A DNA stretch of 64,000 bases, taken from contig CAWBFZ010000008.1 in assembly GCA_963788175.1 (NCBI GenBank), forward strand, positions 64,962-128,961, given 5' to 3'. The position numbers and the translations under genes are program-made. Positions 19,586 to 29,717 of the stretch are shown here, piece by piece; the first letter of the stretch is position 1, and the number at the start of each line of letters is the position of its first letter. This stretch comes from Thermoanaerobaculia bacterium. GTDB taxonomy: Bacteria > Acidobacteriota > Thermoanaerobaculia > Multivoradales > JAGPDF01. A model generated the notes under the pieces. It searched no databases. It was not told the origin of the DNA and worked only from the letters and a program-made list of their open reading frames with translations.

Positions 19586-21286
19586 ATGCTTCGCGCCGGC
19601 CGCCTCCTGCCCGTCCTGGTCCTCTGCGCCGTGGTCGCCGCCGGCACGGGCTGCAACGCTCCCGCGGCAGCGCCGGAGCCCGCCGCGACCCACCCGGCGC
19701 AGACCGGTTTCGAGCCGGCGCCGACCCGCGGCTACATCCTGATCTCGATCGACGCCCTGCGCGCCGACCATCTTGGGCTCTACGGTTATCCGAAACCGAC
19801 CTCACCGTTTCTCGACGAGCTCGCCCGCCGCGCCACTATTTTCGATCACGCTTTCGCGCAGGTACCGTCGACGCTGCCGTCGCACATGTCGATGTTCACT
19901 GGGCTCTATCCGGCCGAGCACGGCGTCTTTCCGCCATCGAGCGTGCTGGCGCCGGAGATCCGTACCCTGCCCGAGATCCTGCTGCACGCCGGCTTCCGCA
20001 CCGCTGGACACACCGAAGGGGGCTACGTCCAGGGCGGCTACGGCTTCGCGCGCGGCTTCGGCGAGTGGACCGACACCCCGTACTCGGACGATACCGACGT
20101 CGAGCGCACCTTCGGGCGCGGCCTGGCCTTTCTCGAGTCGGTGAAGCCGGGCGAGCGCTTCTTCCTCTTCCTGCACAGCTACACCGTGCACGACCCCTAC
20201 TGGCCGCCGGAGCGCTACCGCAAGATGTTCTGGCCAGGGCCACCGCCCGCCGGTGCCGGCGAGCCCTCCGGGCCGACCTTCGCGGCGATCAACGAGGGCA
20301 AGTCCGACACTACGCCGGAGGCAGTCGAGTACTACAAGGCGCTCTACGACGCTTCGATCCGCTACCTCGACGATCGTTTGAGGCAGCTCTTCGCCGACCT
20401 CGAGGCAAGCGGCCTCAGCGGTGAGACGACGGTGATCCTCACCGCCGACCACGGCGAGGAGTTCAGGGAACACGGACGGCTCGTCCACACCCAGATTTAC
20501 CCCGAGTGCCTGCACATCCCGCTGATCGTCGTGCATCCGGCGCAGACGCATGAGTTGCGGATTGGCCGGCTGGCGCAGACGGTCGACTATGCGCCGACGC
20601 TCTACGACCTTGCCGGCATCGCGCCGCCGCCGGGGCTGTCCGGCGAGAGCCTGAAGCCGCTCTTCAGCGACCCGCAGCACAAGATGAGCGGCGAGGCCTA
20701 CGCCGAGGTGAAAATGCTCGGCTACGAAGGCAAGGCGCTCTTCAGCGAGAGCGCTGACAAGCTCTACCAAGCGACCTTCGCCGCCGCGGTGATGGAGTCC
20801 GACGGCCACTGGGTCTCGAAGGAGACCTCGTTCGACGCCCTGCCGCCGGCGCTCGAATTCCGCGCCGTGGCCTTCCACCAGCCGCGCGAGGTCCAGGTGT
20901 TCGTGGACGACAAGCCAGCGACCAGCCTGCGGTTCGAGACCGACTGGCAAGGCTTCCGCCTCGACCTGCCCGGCAGCGCCCGCAAGCATCTGGTGCACCT
21001 CACCACGCCCGGCTGCGAAAGCCCACTCGCCCTCGGCCTCGGCCGTGACGGGCGCTGCCTGTCGTTCAAGATATACGGCCCGCCGCTCGAGCGCCGCGAG
21101 CTTTTCGACCTCACCGCCGATCCCCTGGCGGCGCGCGACCTTTCCACCGAGCGCCCCGACCTCTTGCGCGAGCTCCTGGCGCGCCTGGAGAGCGGCTACC
21201 GCCACCAGCTGCGGACGGCGCCCGCGGACCAGGCGCTGACCGAGGAGCAGATCAAGAACCTGCGGGCGCTGGGGTATCTGCAGTAG
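19586..21286 (+). CDS. Sulfatase-like (alkaline-phosphatase superfamily) lipoprotein
   Basis: ATG at 19586. Lipobox-like VVAAGTGC. Motifs: ILISIDALRADHLG...VPSTLPSHMSMFTGLYPAEHG...TADHGEEF. The first 411 codons of track ORF 18353..21286 are antisense shadow. Confidence 0.75.
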   Translation: MLRAGRLLPVLVLCAVVAAGTGCNAPAAAPEPAATHPAQTGFEPAPTRGYILISIDALRADHLGLYGYPKPTSPFLDELARRATIFDHAFAQVPSTLPSHMSMFTGLYPAEHGVFPPSSVLAPEIRTLPEILLHAGFRTAGHTEGGYVQGGYGFARGFGEWTDTPYSDDTDVERTFGRGLAFLESVKPGERFFLFLHSYTVHDPYWPPERYRKMFWPGPPPAGAGEPSGPTFAAINEGKSDTTPEAVEYYKALYDASIRYLDDRLRQLFADLEASGLSGETTVILTADHGEEFREHGRLVHTQIYPECLHIPLIVVHPAQTHELRIGRLAQTVDYAPTLYDLAGIAPPPGLSGESLKPLFSDPQHKMSGEAYAEVKMLGYEGKALFSESADKLYQATFAAAVMESDGHWVSKETSFDALPPALEFRAVAFHQPREVQVFVDDKPATSLRFETDWQGFRLDLPGSARKHLVHLTTPGCESPLALGLGRDGRCLSFKIYGPPLERRELFDLTADPLAARDLSTERPDLLRELLARLESGYRHQLRTAPADQALTEEQIKNLRALGYLQ

Positions 21287-21300
21287 GCCCCGACGCCGGG

Positions 21301-21360
21301 AAAGGGGGACAGGCACGGATTTCCGCTGATTCTCGCGGAAATCCGTGCCTGTCCCCCTTT
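21301..21360. terminator. Bidirectional intrinsic-terminator-like hairpin (26-bp perfect stem, 8-nt loop) between convergent genes
   Basis: aaagggggacaggcacggatttccgc-tgattctc-gcggaaatccgtgcctgtcccccttt. An A-run lies 5' and a T-run 3'. It sits between the stops at 21286 (+) and 21366 (-). Confidence 0.7.
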
Positions 21361-21365
21361 TTCCT

Positions 21366-23618
<2,253 letters not shown>

Positions 23619-23811
23619 CCGGACCTCCACGACGTTGGGATTCCGCCAACCTCCAGGCCGGAAGCGGCGTGGGGAAACTCTACCGCAGGCGGGCGGAGGC
23701 CCGGAAACCGGCGGGAGCTGGCGGGAGCCGGCGTCGGCCGCCGGCCCTCCTCGGCCCTCCGGCCCCTGGCCCCCGGCCGCCACCGGCGCCGCGGGGTAAG
23801 ATCAGAGGTTC

Positions 23812-24378
23812 ATGAGCGCCTCCGACCGTTCCGAAGCGATCACCACCCGTGAGATCGAAGCCGTGGTCATTCCGCACGGCTCGACGACCCGGATTCCGTT
23901 CGGAACCAAGGTCATGATCATGCAGAAGCTGGGCGGCACCGTCACCGTGACGACCGAATACGGCGGCCTCTACCGCATCGACCCCGAGAATCTCGACGCC
24001 ATCGGGATGGAGGTGCCGGTCGCCGCTCCCGGCGCGCCGGCCGCGGCGGGCGACGACGCGAAGTCGCTCGACGACCGGGTCTGGGACGTTCTGCGCAGCT
24101 GCTACGACCCGGAGATTCCGGTCAATATCGTCGAGCTCGGGCTGGTCTACAGCTGCGTGCTCGAACCTCCCGGCGGCGACGGCCGCCAGGTCGCCAACAT
24201 CCAGATGACGCTCACCGCCCCCGGCTGCGGCATGGGCGACATCCTCGCCCAGGACATCCAGAAGCGGCTCGAGAAGCTGCCGGAGATCGCCAAGGCCCAG
24301 GTCGAGGTGGTCTTCGATCCGCCGTGGAACCAGGACATGATGAGCGAGGCCGCCCGGCTGCAGCTCGGTTTCTACTGA
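23812..24378 (+). CDS. sufT: SufT-like Fe-S cluster assembly protein (N-terminal SufT region plus DUF59/MIP18 domain)
   Basis: REIEAVVIPHGSTTRIPFGTKVMIMQKLGGTVTVTT... followed by VWDVLRSCYDPEIPVNIVELGLVY...MTLTAPGCGMG (DUF59 pattern). Confidence 0.75.
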   Translation: MSASDRSEAITTREIEAVVIPHGSTTRIPFGTKVMIMQKLGGTVTVTTEYGGLYRIDPENLDAIGMEVPVAAPGAPAAAGDDAKSLDDRVWDVLRSCYDPEIPVNIVELGLVYSCVLEPPGGDGRQVANIQMTLTAPGCGMGDILAQDIQKRLEKLPEIAKAQVEVVFDPPWNQDMMSEAARLQLGFY

Positions 24379-24450
24379 GCCCGGAGCCGTCGCCCTCCCC
24401 GCCGGAGATTCTCGCCCGGGTTTCTCTCGGCGACCGCGTAACATTTTCGC

Positions 24451-24708
24451 GTGCCGGCAGTAGTTCCTGATGAGAGGTCCCTCATCTTGACGCCCCCGCC
24501 CCCGCGATTCCCCGAAGTCCAGGTCACGTTGCGCACCCGCAACCGCTGGGCGGTGGCCTCCGCCGTCCGTCAGGCCTTGCGCCGCGCCGGCAAGGACCGC
24601 CGGGAGATCGACCTCTTCATCGCCGAAGCCATGGCCAGCGACGACCCCCAGACCTTGCAGGAGACCTGCAACCGCTGGGTGAACTTGAAGCCGCTGGCGT
24701 TGAACTAG
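24451..24708 (+). CDS. Hypothetical small protein (about 70-85 aa)
   Basis: ORF 24451..24708 has GC-rich third codon positions like neighbouring genes. I recognise no family. The start is uncertain (GTG 24451 or TTG 24487). Confidence 0.35.
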   Translation: MPAVVPDERSLILTPPPPRFPEVQVTLRTRNRWAVASAVRQALRRAGKDRREIDLFIAEAMASDDPQTLQETCNRWVNLKPLALN

Positions 24709-24720
24709 GACAAGAACCCT

Positions 24721-25068
24721 TCGGGGACACATAGCGGCCGCTCGGAGGTATCGGCGGAAGGTCGGGGACACATTGCGGCCGCTCGAGCTTTGCGCCGACC
24801 AGCGGCCCTTCCAGCCGCTATGTGTCCCCTGCCACGTCCGGCCTTGGTGGTCGGCGGTCTCCGGCACTCCTGACCGTCGGTGGTGGGCGGTCTCCGGCAC
24901 TCGGGATCTGGGGCCGGCTCCTAGTGAGGCTTGGTCGCCGACCCCAAGATCCCGAGCGCCAGAGCCCGCCCCGGAGCTTCTTCTCTCACGGCCAAGGTCG
25001 GGGACACATTGCGGCCGCTCGGAGGGATCGGCGATCGGCTGCCCTCTCAGCCGCTATGTGTCCCCTGC
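24721..25068. repeat. REP/MITE-like repeat cluster: two 72-nt hairpin units, a solo half-site and a 24-nt direct repeat
   Basis: Units 24761-24832 and 24997-25068 share identical termini, gtcggggacacattgcggccgctcg ... cagccgctatgtgtcccctgc; the arms are reverse complements with one mismatch. The solo half-site is ggggacacatagcggc at 24724-24739. ggtggtSggcggtctccggcactc occurs at 24846-24869 and 24879-24902. Confidence 0.8.
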
Positions 25069-25137
25069 GCTGCTGGGATACGGACCAGACAGGACCCCGA
25101 GCGGACGCCTGTAGAGTCACTCCTGCGCCTCCTCCCC

Positions 25138-26052
25138 ATGTTTCTCGACCCAGCACTCAACCACTTCGCCGCCGAGCACCCCGGTCTCGAGCTCCGCGAG
25201 CGCTTCCTCGACCTGCCCGCCGTCCGCCTGCACGTCGTCGAGGCGGGGCCGGCCGACGGCAAGCCGGTGCTGCTGCTGCACGGCTTCCCCGAGTTCTGGT
25301 GGGGCTGGCGGCGACAGATCGCGGCGCTCGCGGCGGCCGGACGGCGGGTGGTCGTGCCGGACCTCCGCGGCTACAACCTCTCCGGCAAGCCGAAGGGGAT
25401 CCGCGCCTACGGCCTCGACCCGCTCACCGACGACCTCCGGGGCCTCCTCGACGATGTCGGACCGGAGTCGGGCCCCGAGCCGATCGACATCGTCGCCCAC
25501 GACTGGGGGGGCGCGGTCGCCTGGTGGGGGGCCTTGCGCTTTCCGGAGCGCATCGCCCGGCTGGCGGTCCTGAACATTCCGCACCCCGCGGTGATGCGCC
25601 ACTTCCTGCGGCACAACCGGGAGCAGCGCCGGCGCAGCCGGTACATCTTCTACTTCCAGCTCCCCTTCCTGCCGGAGCGCAAGATCCGGGCGGGCGACTT
25701 CCGCGGCTTCCGCTCGATCTTCAAGCGCAGCAGCCGACCTGGAACGTTCGCCCCCGGGGAGCTGGAAACGTACGCCGACGCGGCGCGCCAGCCCGGCGCC
25801 CTCACCGCCATGCTGAACTGGTACCGCGCCGCCCTCTGGGCGCCGCCGGCGAGGCCCGCCCACCGCCGGGTCGAGCCGCCGCTACGCCTGATCTGGGGGC
25901 TGGACGACGTCGCTCTCGGCGCCGACATGGCGGCGGCCTCGATCGCCCACTGCCGCGAGGCCGAGCTCTTCCGCCTCCCCGGCGCCGGGCATTGGGTGCA
26001 ACACGAGGCGGCCGACCAGGTGAACCGGCTGCTGCTCGATTTCCTGGCCTGA
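25138..26052 (+). CDS. Alpha/beta hydrolase (epoxide-hydrolase-like)
   Basis: From the ATG at 25138: ...LLLHGFPEFWWGWRRQI...VAHDWGG...GHWVQHE. These are the HGxP oxyanion motif, nucleophile elbow context and terminal His. Confidence 0.8.
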   Translation: MFLDPALNHFAAEHPGLELRERFLDLPAVRLHVVEAGPADGKPVLLLHGFPEFWWGWRRQIAALAAAGRRVVVPDLRGYNLSGKPKGIRAYGLDPLTDDLRGLLDDVGPESGPEPIDIVAHDWGGAVAWWGALRFPERIARLAVLNIPHPAVMRHFLRHNREQRRRSRYIFYFQLPFLPERKIRAGDFRGFRSIFKRSSRPGTFAPGELETYADAARQPGALTAMLNWYRAALWAPPARPAHRRVEPPLRLIWGLDDVALGADMAAASIAHCREAELFRLPGAGHWVQHEAADQVNRLLLDFLA

Positions 26053-26075
26053 AAGCCGGTACGATCTTCCTGCTC

Positions 26076-27029
26076 ATGCGAAAAATCCTCGTCACTGGAG
26101 CTCTCGGTCAGATCGGTTCCGAGCTCGTCGTCGAACTGCGCCGCCTGAAGGGCGCCGAAAACGTCATCGCCTCCGACATCCGCCTGCCGCCGGGCGATCT
26201 CGCCCTCGACGGTCCGTTCGAGGTCCTCGACGCCACCAACGCCCGCCAGGCGCACGACCTCGTCCGGCGCTACGACGTCGGGACCATCTACCACCTCGCG
26301 GCGCTGCTCTCGGCGACCTCGGAGGAGAAGCCGCACGTCGCCTGGGAGCTCAACATGGGCGGGCTCTACAAGACGCTCGAGATCGCCCGCCAGGAGCGCT
26401 GCGCGGTCTTCTTCCCGAGCTCGATCGCGGCCTTCGGGCCCTCGACACCGCGCACGCACACGCCCCAGGACACCCTGCAGCGGCCGACCACGATGTACGG
26501 CGTCACCAAGGTCGCGGGCGAGCTGCTGACCGACTACTACGCCTCGCGCTTCGGCGTCGACGTGCGCGGATTGCGCTTCCCGGGCCTGATCTCGCACAGC
26601 GCACCGCCCGGCGGCGGCACGACCGACTACGCGGTCACGATCTTCTACGACGCCCTGCGGCACGGCAGGTACACCTGCTTCCTCGGCCCGGACACCCGCC
26701 TCGACATGATGTACATGCCGGACGCGATCCGCGCCACGATCGAGCTGATGGAGGCCGACGCCGGCCGCCTCAAGCACCGCAACGCCTTCAACCTCGCGGC
26801 GGTCAACTTCACCCCGGTCGAGCTCGCGGCGGAGATCCGCAGGCACATCCCCGGCTTCACCATCGACTACGACGTCGACCCGGTGCGCCAGCGCATCGCC
26901 AACTCCTGGCCCGAGTCGCTCGACGACTCCGCCGCCCGCGCGGAATGGGGCTGGGCGCCGCGCTACGACCTCGCGGCGATGGTCGCCGAGATGCTCAAGG
27001 AGCTGCGCATCAAGCTCCGGATCAGTTAA
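26076..27029 (+). CDS. tdh: L-threonine 3-dehydrogenase (extended-SDR / epimerase-type)
   Basis: MRKILVTGALGQIGSELVVELR...YGVTKVAGE. It lies immediately upstream of kbl, the classical tdh-kbl pair. Confidence 0.8.
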   Translation: MRKILVTGALGQIGSELVVELRRLKGAENVIASDIRLPPGDLALDGPFEVLDATNARQAHDLVRRYDVGTIYHLAALLSATSEEKPHVAWELNMGGLYKTLEIARQERCAVFFPSSIAAFGPSTPRTHTPQDTLQRPTTMYGVTKVAGELLTDYYASRFGVDVRGLRFPGLISHSAPPGGGTTDYAVTIFYDALRHGRYTCFLGPDTRLDMMYMPDAIRATIELMEADAGRLKHRNAFNLAAVNFTPVELAAEIRRHIPGFTIDYDVDPVRQRIANSWPESLDDSAARAEWGWAPRYDLAAMVAEMLKELRIKLRIS

Positions 27030-27086
27030 GGCGGGTGAAGCGGGCCCCGGCACCCACGGACACCCGCCCCCATCAGAGAGGTTCCT

Positions 27087-28311
27087 ATGCCCCACGATCG
27101 TTTCCTCGCCGCCCTTGCGAACGACCTCGCCGTGCTCGACGCGCGCGGCAACCCGAAGCGCTACGAGCTGGTCATCGAAGGGGTGGTCCCCGCCGCCGAA
27201 GGCTACGGCCCGCGCTATCGCGTCGCCGGGCGGGGCGGTGAGCTCTTCCTCAAGATGAATTCGAACAACTACCTCGGCATGAACCTGCGCCGCGAAGTGA
27301 TCGAGGCGGAGGAAGAGGCTTCGAGAAAATACGGGGCGGGTCCCGGCGCGGTGCGCTTCATCAGCGGCACCTACGCGCCGCACATCGAGCTCGAGGCGAC
27401 GCTCGCCCGCTTCCACGGCCGCGAGGCGGCGATGATCTTCTCCTCGGCCTACGCCTCGATGCTCGGCGTCTTCACGCCGCTGGTCTCCGAGGAGACGGCG
27501 CTGGTCTCGGACGCCCTCAACCACAACTGCATCATCAACGCCATCAAGCTGGCGCGGCCGAAGGAGAAGCGCGTCTACCGCCACAACGACGTCGCCGAGC
27601 TCGACGCCCGGCTGACGGAGGTGGACAGGCTGCAAGCGCGCGCTGGTGGTCACCGACGGCATCTTCTCGATGCGCGGCGACGAGGCGCCGCTGCCGACGA
27701 TCTTCGAAGTGGCGAAGAAGCACGACGCCGCCTTCGCGGAGAACGTCGTGGTCATCGTCGACGACAGTCACGGCGTCGGAGCGTTCGGAGCCACCGGAAG
27801 AGGCACAGAGGAAGCGAGCGGCTCCGGCCCGGCCGACGTCCTCATCGGCACCCTCGGCAAGGCCTTCGGCGTCAACGGCGGCTACGTCACCGGCGCCGCC
27901 GGCCTGATCGACTTCCTGCGCGAGTCGGCGCCGACCTACATCTACTCGAACCCGATCACCCCCGCCGAAGCGGCGGCGGCGAAGAAGGCGGTCGAGATCC
28001 TCGACGGCCCGGACGGCAAGGGCCTCCTCGGTCACCTCGCCGCCCGCACCCGCCAGTTCCGCGACGGGCTGATCCGGCTCGGCTTCGAGACCCTCCAGGG
28101 CACCCACCCGATCGTCCCGCTCTTCGTCCGCGACACCCCGAAGACCACCGCCCTGGTGCGCCACCTGCTGAAGCACGGCGTCCTCGCCACCGGCCTGAAC
28201 TACCCCGTCGTCCCCAAAGGCGACGAGACCATCCGCTTCCAGATCTCCGCCGACCACACCGAAAAGGACATCGACTTCGTCCTCGACGTCCTGGCGGGGT
28301 TCGGGGGGTAG
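27087..28311 (+). pseudogene. kbl: 2-amino-3-ketobutyrate CoA ligase (glycine C-acetyltransferase) with one frame disruption
   Basis: The N-terminal frame reads ...NSNNYLGMNLRREVIEAEEEASRKYGAGPGAVRFISGTY.... The C-terminal frame (ORF 27646..28311) reads ...VTDGIFSMRGD...DDSHGVGAFGATGRG...GTLGKAFG. The switch falls near 27615-27630. Confidence 0.85.
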
Positions 28312-28340
28312 GGAGGCGATTCCAGCGGGCTTGGCTCAGC

Positions 28341-28871
28341 ATGAGGCAGTGGGCCGCTTCGCGGCGCTCGCTTCCGCCGGATGTTGCCCGGCGCGCCGCG
28401 CGAAAGCTCGAGTACGTGGAGCTGGCAACACAGCTCGACGACTTGAAGGTTCCTCCCGGCAATCGTCTGCATGCGCTCGACGGTGACCGCAAGGGGCGGC
28501 ACGCGATCGCCGTCAATGACCAGTGGCGGACCTGCTTCCGGTTCGTGGATGGCGATGCCTGGGACGTCGAGATCTGCGACTTCCACCAGGAATGCGAAGA
28601 ATGCGATGAGCGTCAAGGAATCGATGAGCCTGCCCAACAGCCGCAGGATGACGCGCCGGCCGACGCATCCCGGGGAAATGCTGCGGGAGGACTTCCTGCC
28701 CGACTACGGCCTCACCGTCGCCAGTCTCGCCGCGGCGGCCGGGGTCTCCCGGCAGTCGATCAACGAGCTGCTGCGGGGGCGTCGGGCGGTGAGCCCCGAG
28801 ATGGCTCTGCGCCTCTCCCGCCTGTTCGGCAAGGCGCCGGAGTTCTGGCTGAACGCGCAGCGGGCGGTTGA
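28341..28871 (+). CDS. higB: HigB-like RelE/ParE-family toxin, apparently degenerate; the conserved core ends at 28586 but the frame stays open to 28871
   Basis: ...SLPPDVARRAARKLEYVELATQLDDLKVPPGNRLHALDGDRKGRHAIAVNDQWRTCFRFVDGDAWDVEICDFH matches the HigB (killer protein) pattern. Family-like residues RRFQRAW lie upstream of the first ATG with no canonical start. There is no stop after the family-typical D[YF]H end. Confidence 0.55.
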   Translation: MRQWAASRRSLPPDVARRAARKLEYVELATQLDDLKVPPGNRLHALDGDRKGRHAIAVNDQWRTCFRFVDGDAWDVEICDFHQECEECDERQGIDEPAQQPQDDAPADASRGNAAGGLPARLRPHRRQSRRGGRGLPAVDQRAAAGASGGEPRDGSAPLPPVRQGAGVLAERAAGG

Positions 28872-28938
28872 TCTCTGGGACGCGGCCGAGATCCTGGGAA
28901 CGGAGATGGCGCGCATCCAGCCGCTGCGGCTCGTTTGA
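28606..28938 (+). CDS. higA: HigA-family antitoxin (XRE HTH)
   Basis: ...RRPTHPGEMLREDFLPDYGLTVASLAAAAGVSRQSINELLRGRRAVSPEMALRLSRLFGKAPEFWLNAQRAVDLW is the canonical HigA pattern. Confidence 0.8.
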   Translation: MSVKESMSLPNSRRMTRRPTHPGEMLREDFLPDYGLTVASLAAAAGVSRQSINELLRGRRAVSPEMALRLSRLFGKAPEFWLNAQRAVDLWDAAEILGTEMARIQPLRLV

Positions 28939-28970
28939 GCCCGTCGCCGGAAGCGACTGCGGTTGCCCGC

Positions 28971-28990
28971 GGTTAGCGTATTTGCTAACC
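28971..28990. promoter_or_regulatory. Candidate operator for the second TA module: inverted repeat GGTTAGC-N6-GCTAACC
   Basis: ggttagc gtattt gctaacc lies 8 nt upstream of the GTG start at 28998, with an AT-rich spacer. Confidence 0.35.
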
Positions 28991-28997
28991 TTCACCG

Positions 28998-29324
28998 GTG
29001 GGGTTCGCGGTCGAGTACTTCCATGAGCGTGTGCTGGCTGAGATCGAGTCGTGGCCGGTCGATGTGCTGGCCGACTACGCTCGTCTCGTCGAGCTTCTGG
29101 CCGAGCACGGACCGAGTCTTCGCCTGCCGCATTCTCGCGCCCTGGGCGACGGACTGTTCGAGCTTCGACCCCGTGGCCGCTCCGGAATAGGGCGAGCGTT
29201 CTTCTGTTTCATGGCGGGAAAACGGATCATCGTTCTGCACGCATTCATCAAGAAGACCTCGCAAACGCCCGAACGGGAACTGAAGCTGGCGCGCAGGCGC
29301 CTGGAGGAGTCGAAAAATGGCTGA
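28998..29324 (+). CDS. Gp49-like (DUF891) RelE/ParE-superfamily toxin (HigB-2 type)
   Basis: ...SRALGDGLFELRPRGRSGIGRAFFCFMAGKRIIVLHAFIKKTSQTPERELKLARRRLEE is the Gp49-family pattern. GTG start. Confidence 0.8.
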   Translation: MGFAVEYFHERVLAEIESWPVDVLADYARLVELLAEHGPSLRLPHSRALGDGLFELRPRGRSGIGRAFFCFMAGKRIIVLHAFIKKTSQTPERELKLARRRLEESKNG

Positions 29325-29634
29325 TCTGAAGTACAAGCCCGTTGCCCATGATCACAAGGCGTTTCTGGATCGGGCGAGGGCGCGGAAGGGCTTTTCCGAG
29401 GCCTATGACGCGCTCGACCTGGAGTATCAGGTCGCGGGTCAGATGCTCGAGGCACGTTCCCGCGCCGGTCTCACGCAGGATGCCGTTGCCGAGCGTATGG
29501 GCACCACCAAGAGCGCGATCTCCCGCCTCGAGTCGGCCGGCAGGCATACGCCGTCCCTCGCGACCCTCAAGCGTTATGCAAGTGCCGTCGGGTGCGAGCT
29601 TCAGGTCAAGCTGGTGCCGCAGAAGGAAGTCTGA
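29317..29634 (+). CDS. XRE-family HTH antitoxin (HigA-2 type)
   Basis: ...RSRAGLTQDAVAERMGTTKSAISRLESAGRHTPSLATLKRYASAVGCELQVKLV. It overlaps the toxin gene by 8 nt. Confidence 0.8.
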   Translation: MADLKYKPVAHDHKAFLDRARARKGFSEAYDALDLEYQVAGQMLEARSRAGLTQDAVAERMGTTKSAISRLESAGRHTPSLATLKRYASAVGCELQVKLVPQKEV

Positions 29635-29717
29635 CGCCGATCCCCGCCTCGGATACAATTCGGGGGAACGACGCACTGCGGCATGAGGCCGCCGGTCCCC
29701 TAGCAAGGAGCTTCGCG

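Noticed and set aside
18353-21286. The 977-aa ORF read as a single protein.
   Set aside because: The first 411 codons are antisense shadow over the epimerase and MBL genes. The real gene starts at the ATG at 19586 with a lipoprotein signal peptide.
24465-24490. A small imperfect hairpin (gatgagaggtccctcatc) at the start of the small ORF, considered as a regulatory element.
   Set aside because: The stem is short and imperfect with no flanking U-run, so the evidence is insufficient.
24721-25068. Possible CRISPR array, given repeated 21-28-nt units.
   Set aside because: The units occur in both orientations and form hairpins. Spacing is irregular (about 40, 50 and 236 nt), there are only 3+2 copies, and no cas genes are present.
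25650-27755. A 701-aa minus-strand ORF covering the hydrolase, tdh and kbl region. Similar cases are 29700..31421, 32472..33926, 42350..43669, 44739..46379, 46151..47821, 49439..50917, 50824..52944, 60268..62493 and 61746..63950.
   Set aside because: The reasoning is the same as above. They are antisense to well-supported genes (tdh, kbl, ALDH, ampG-like, ABC components, ahcY, sahR and others) and are compositionally degenerate.
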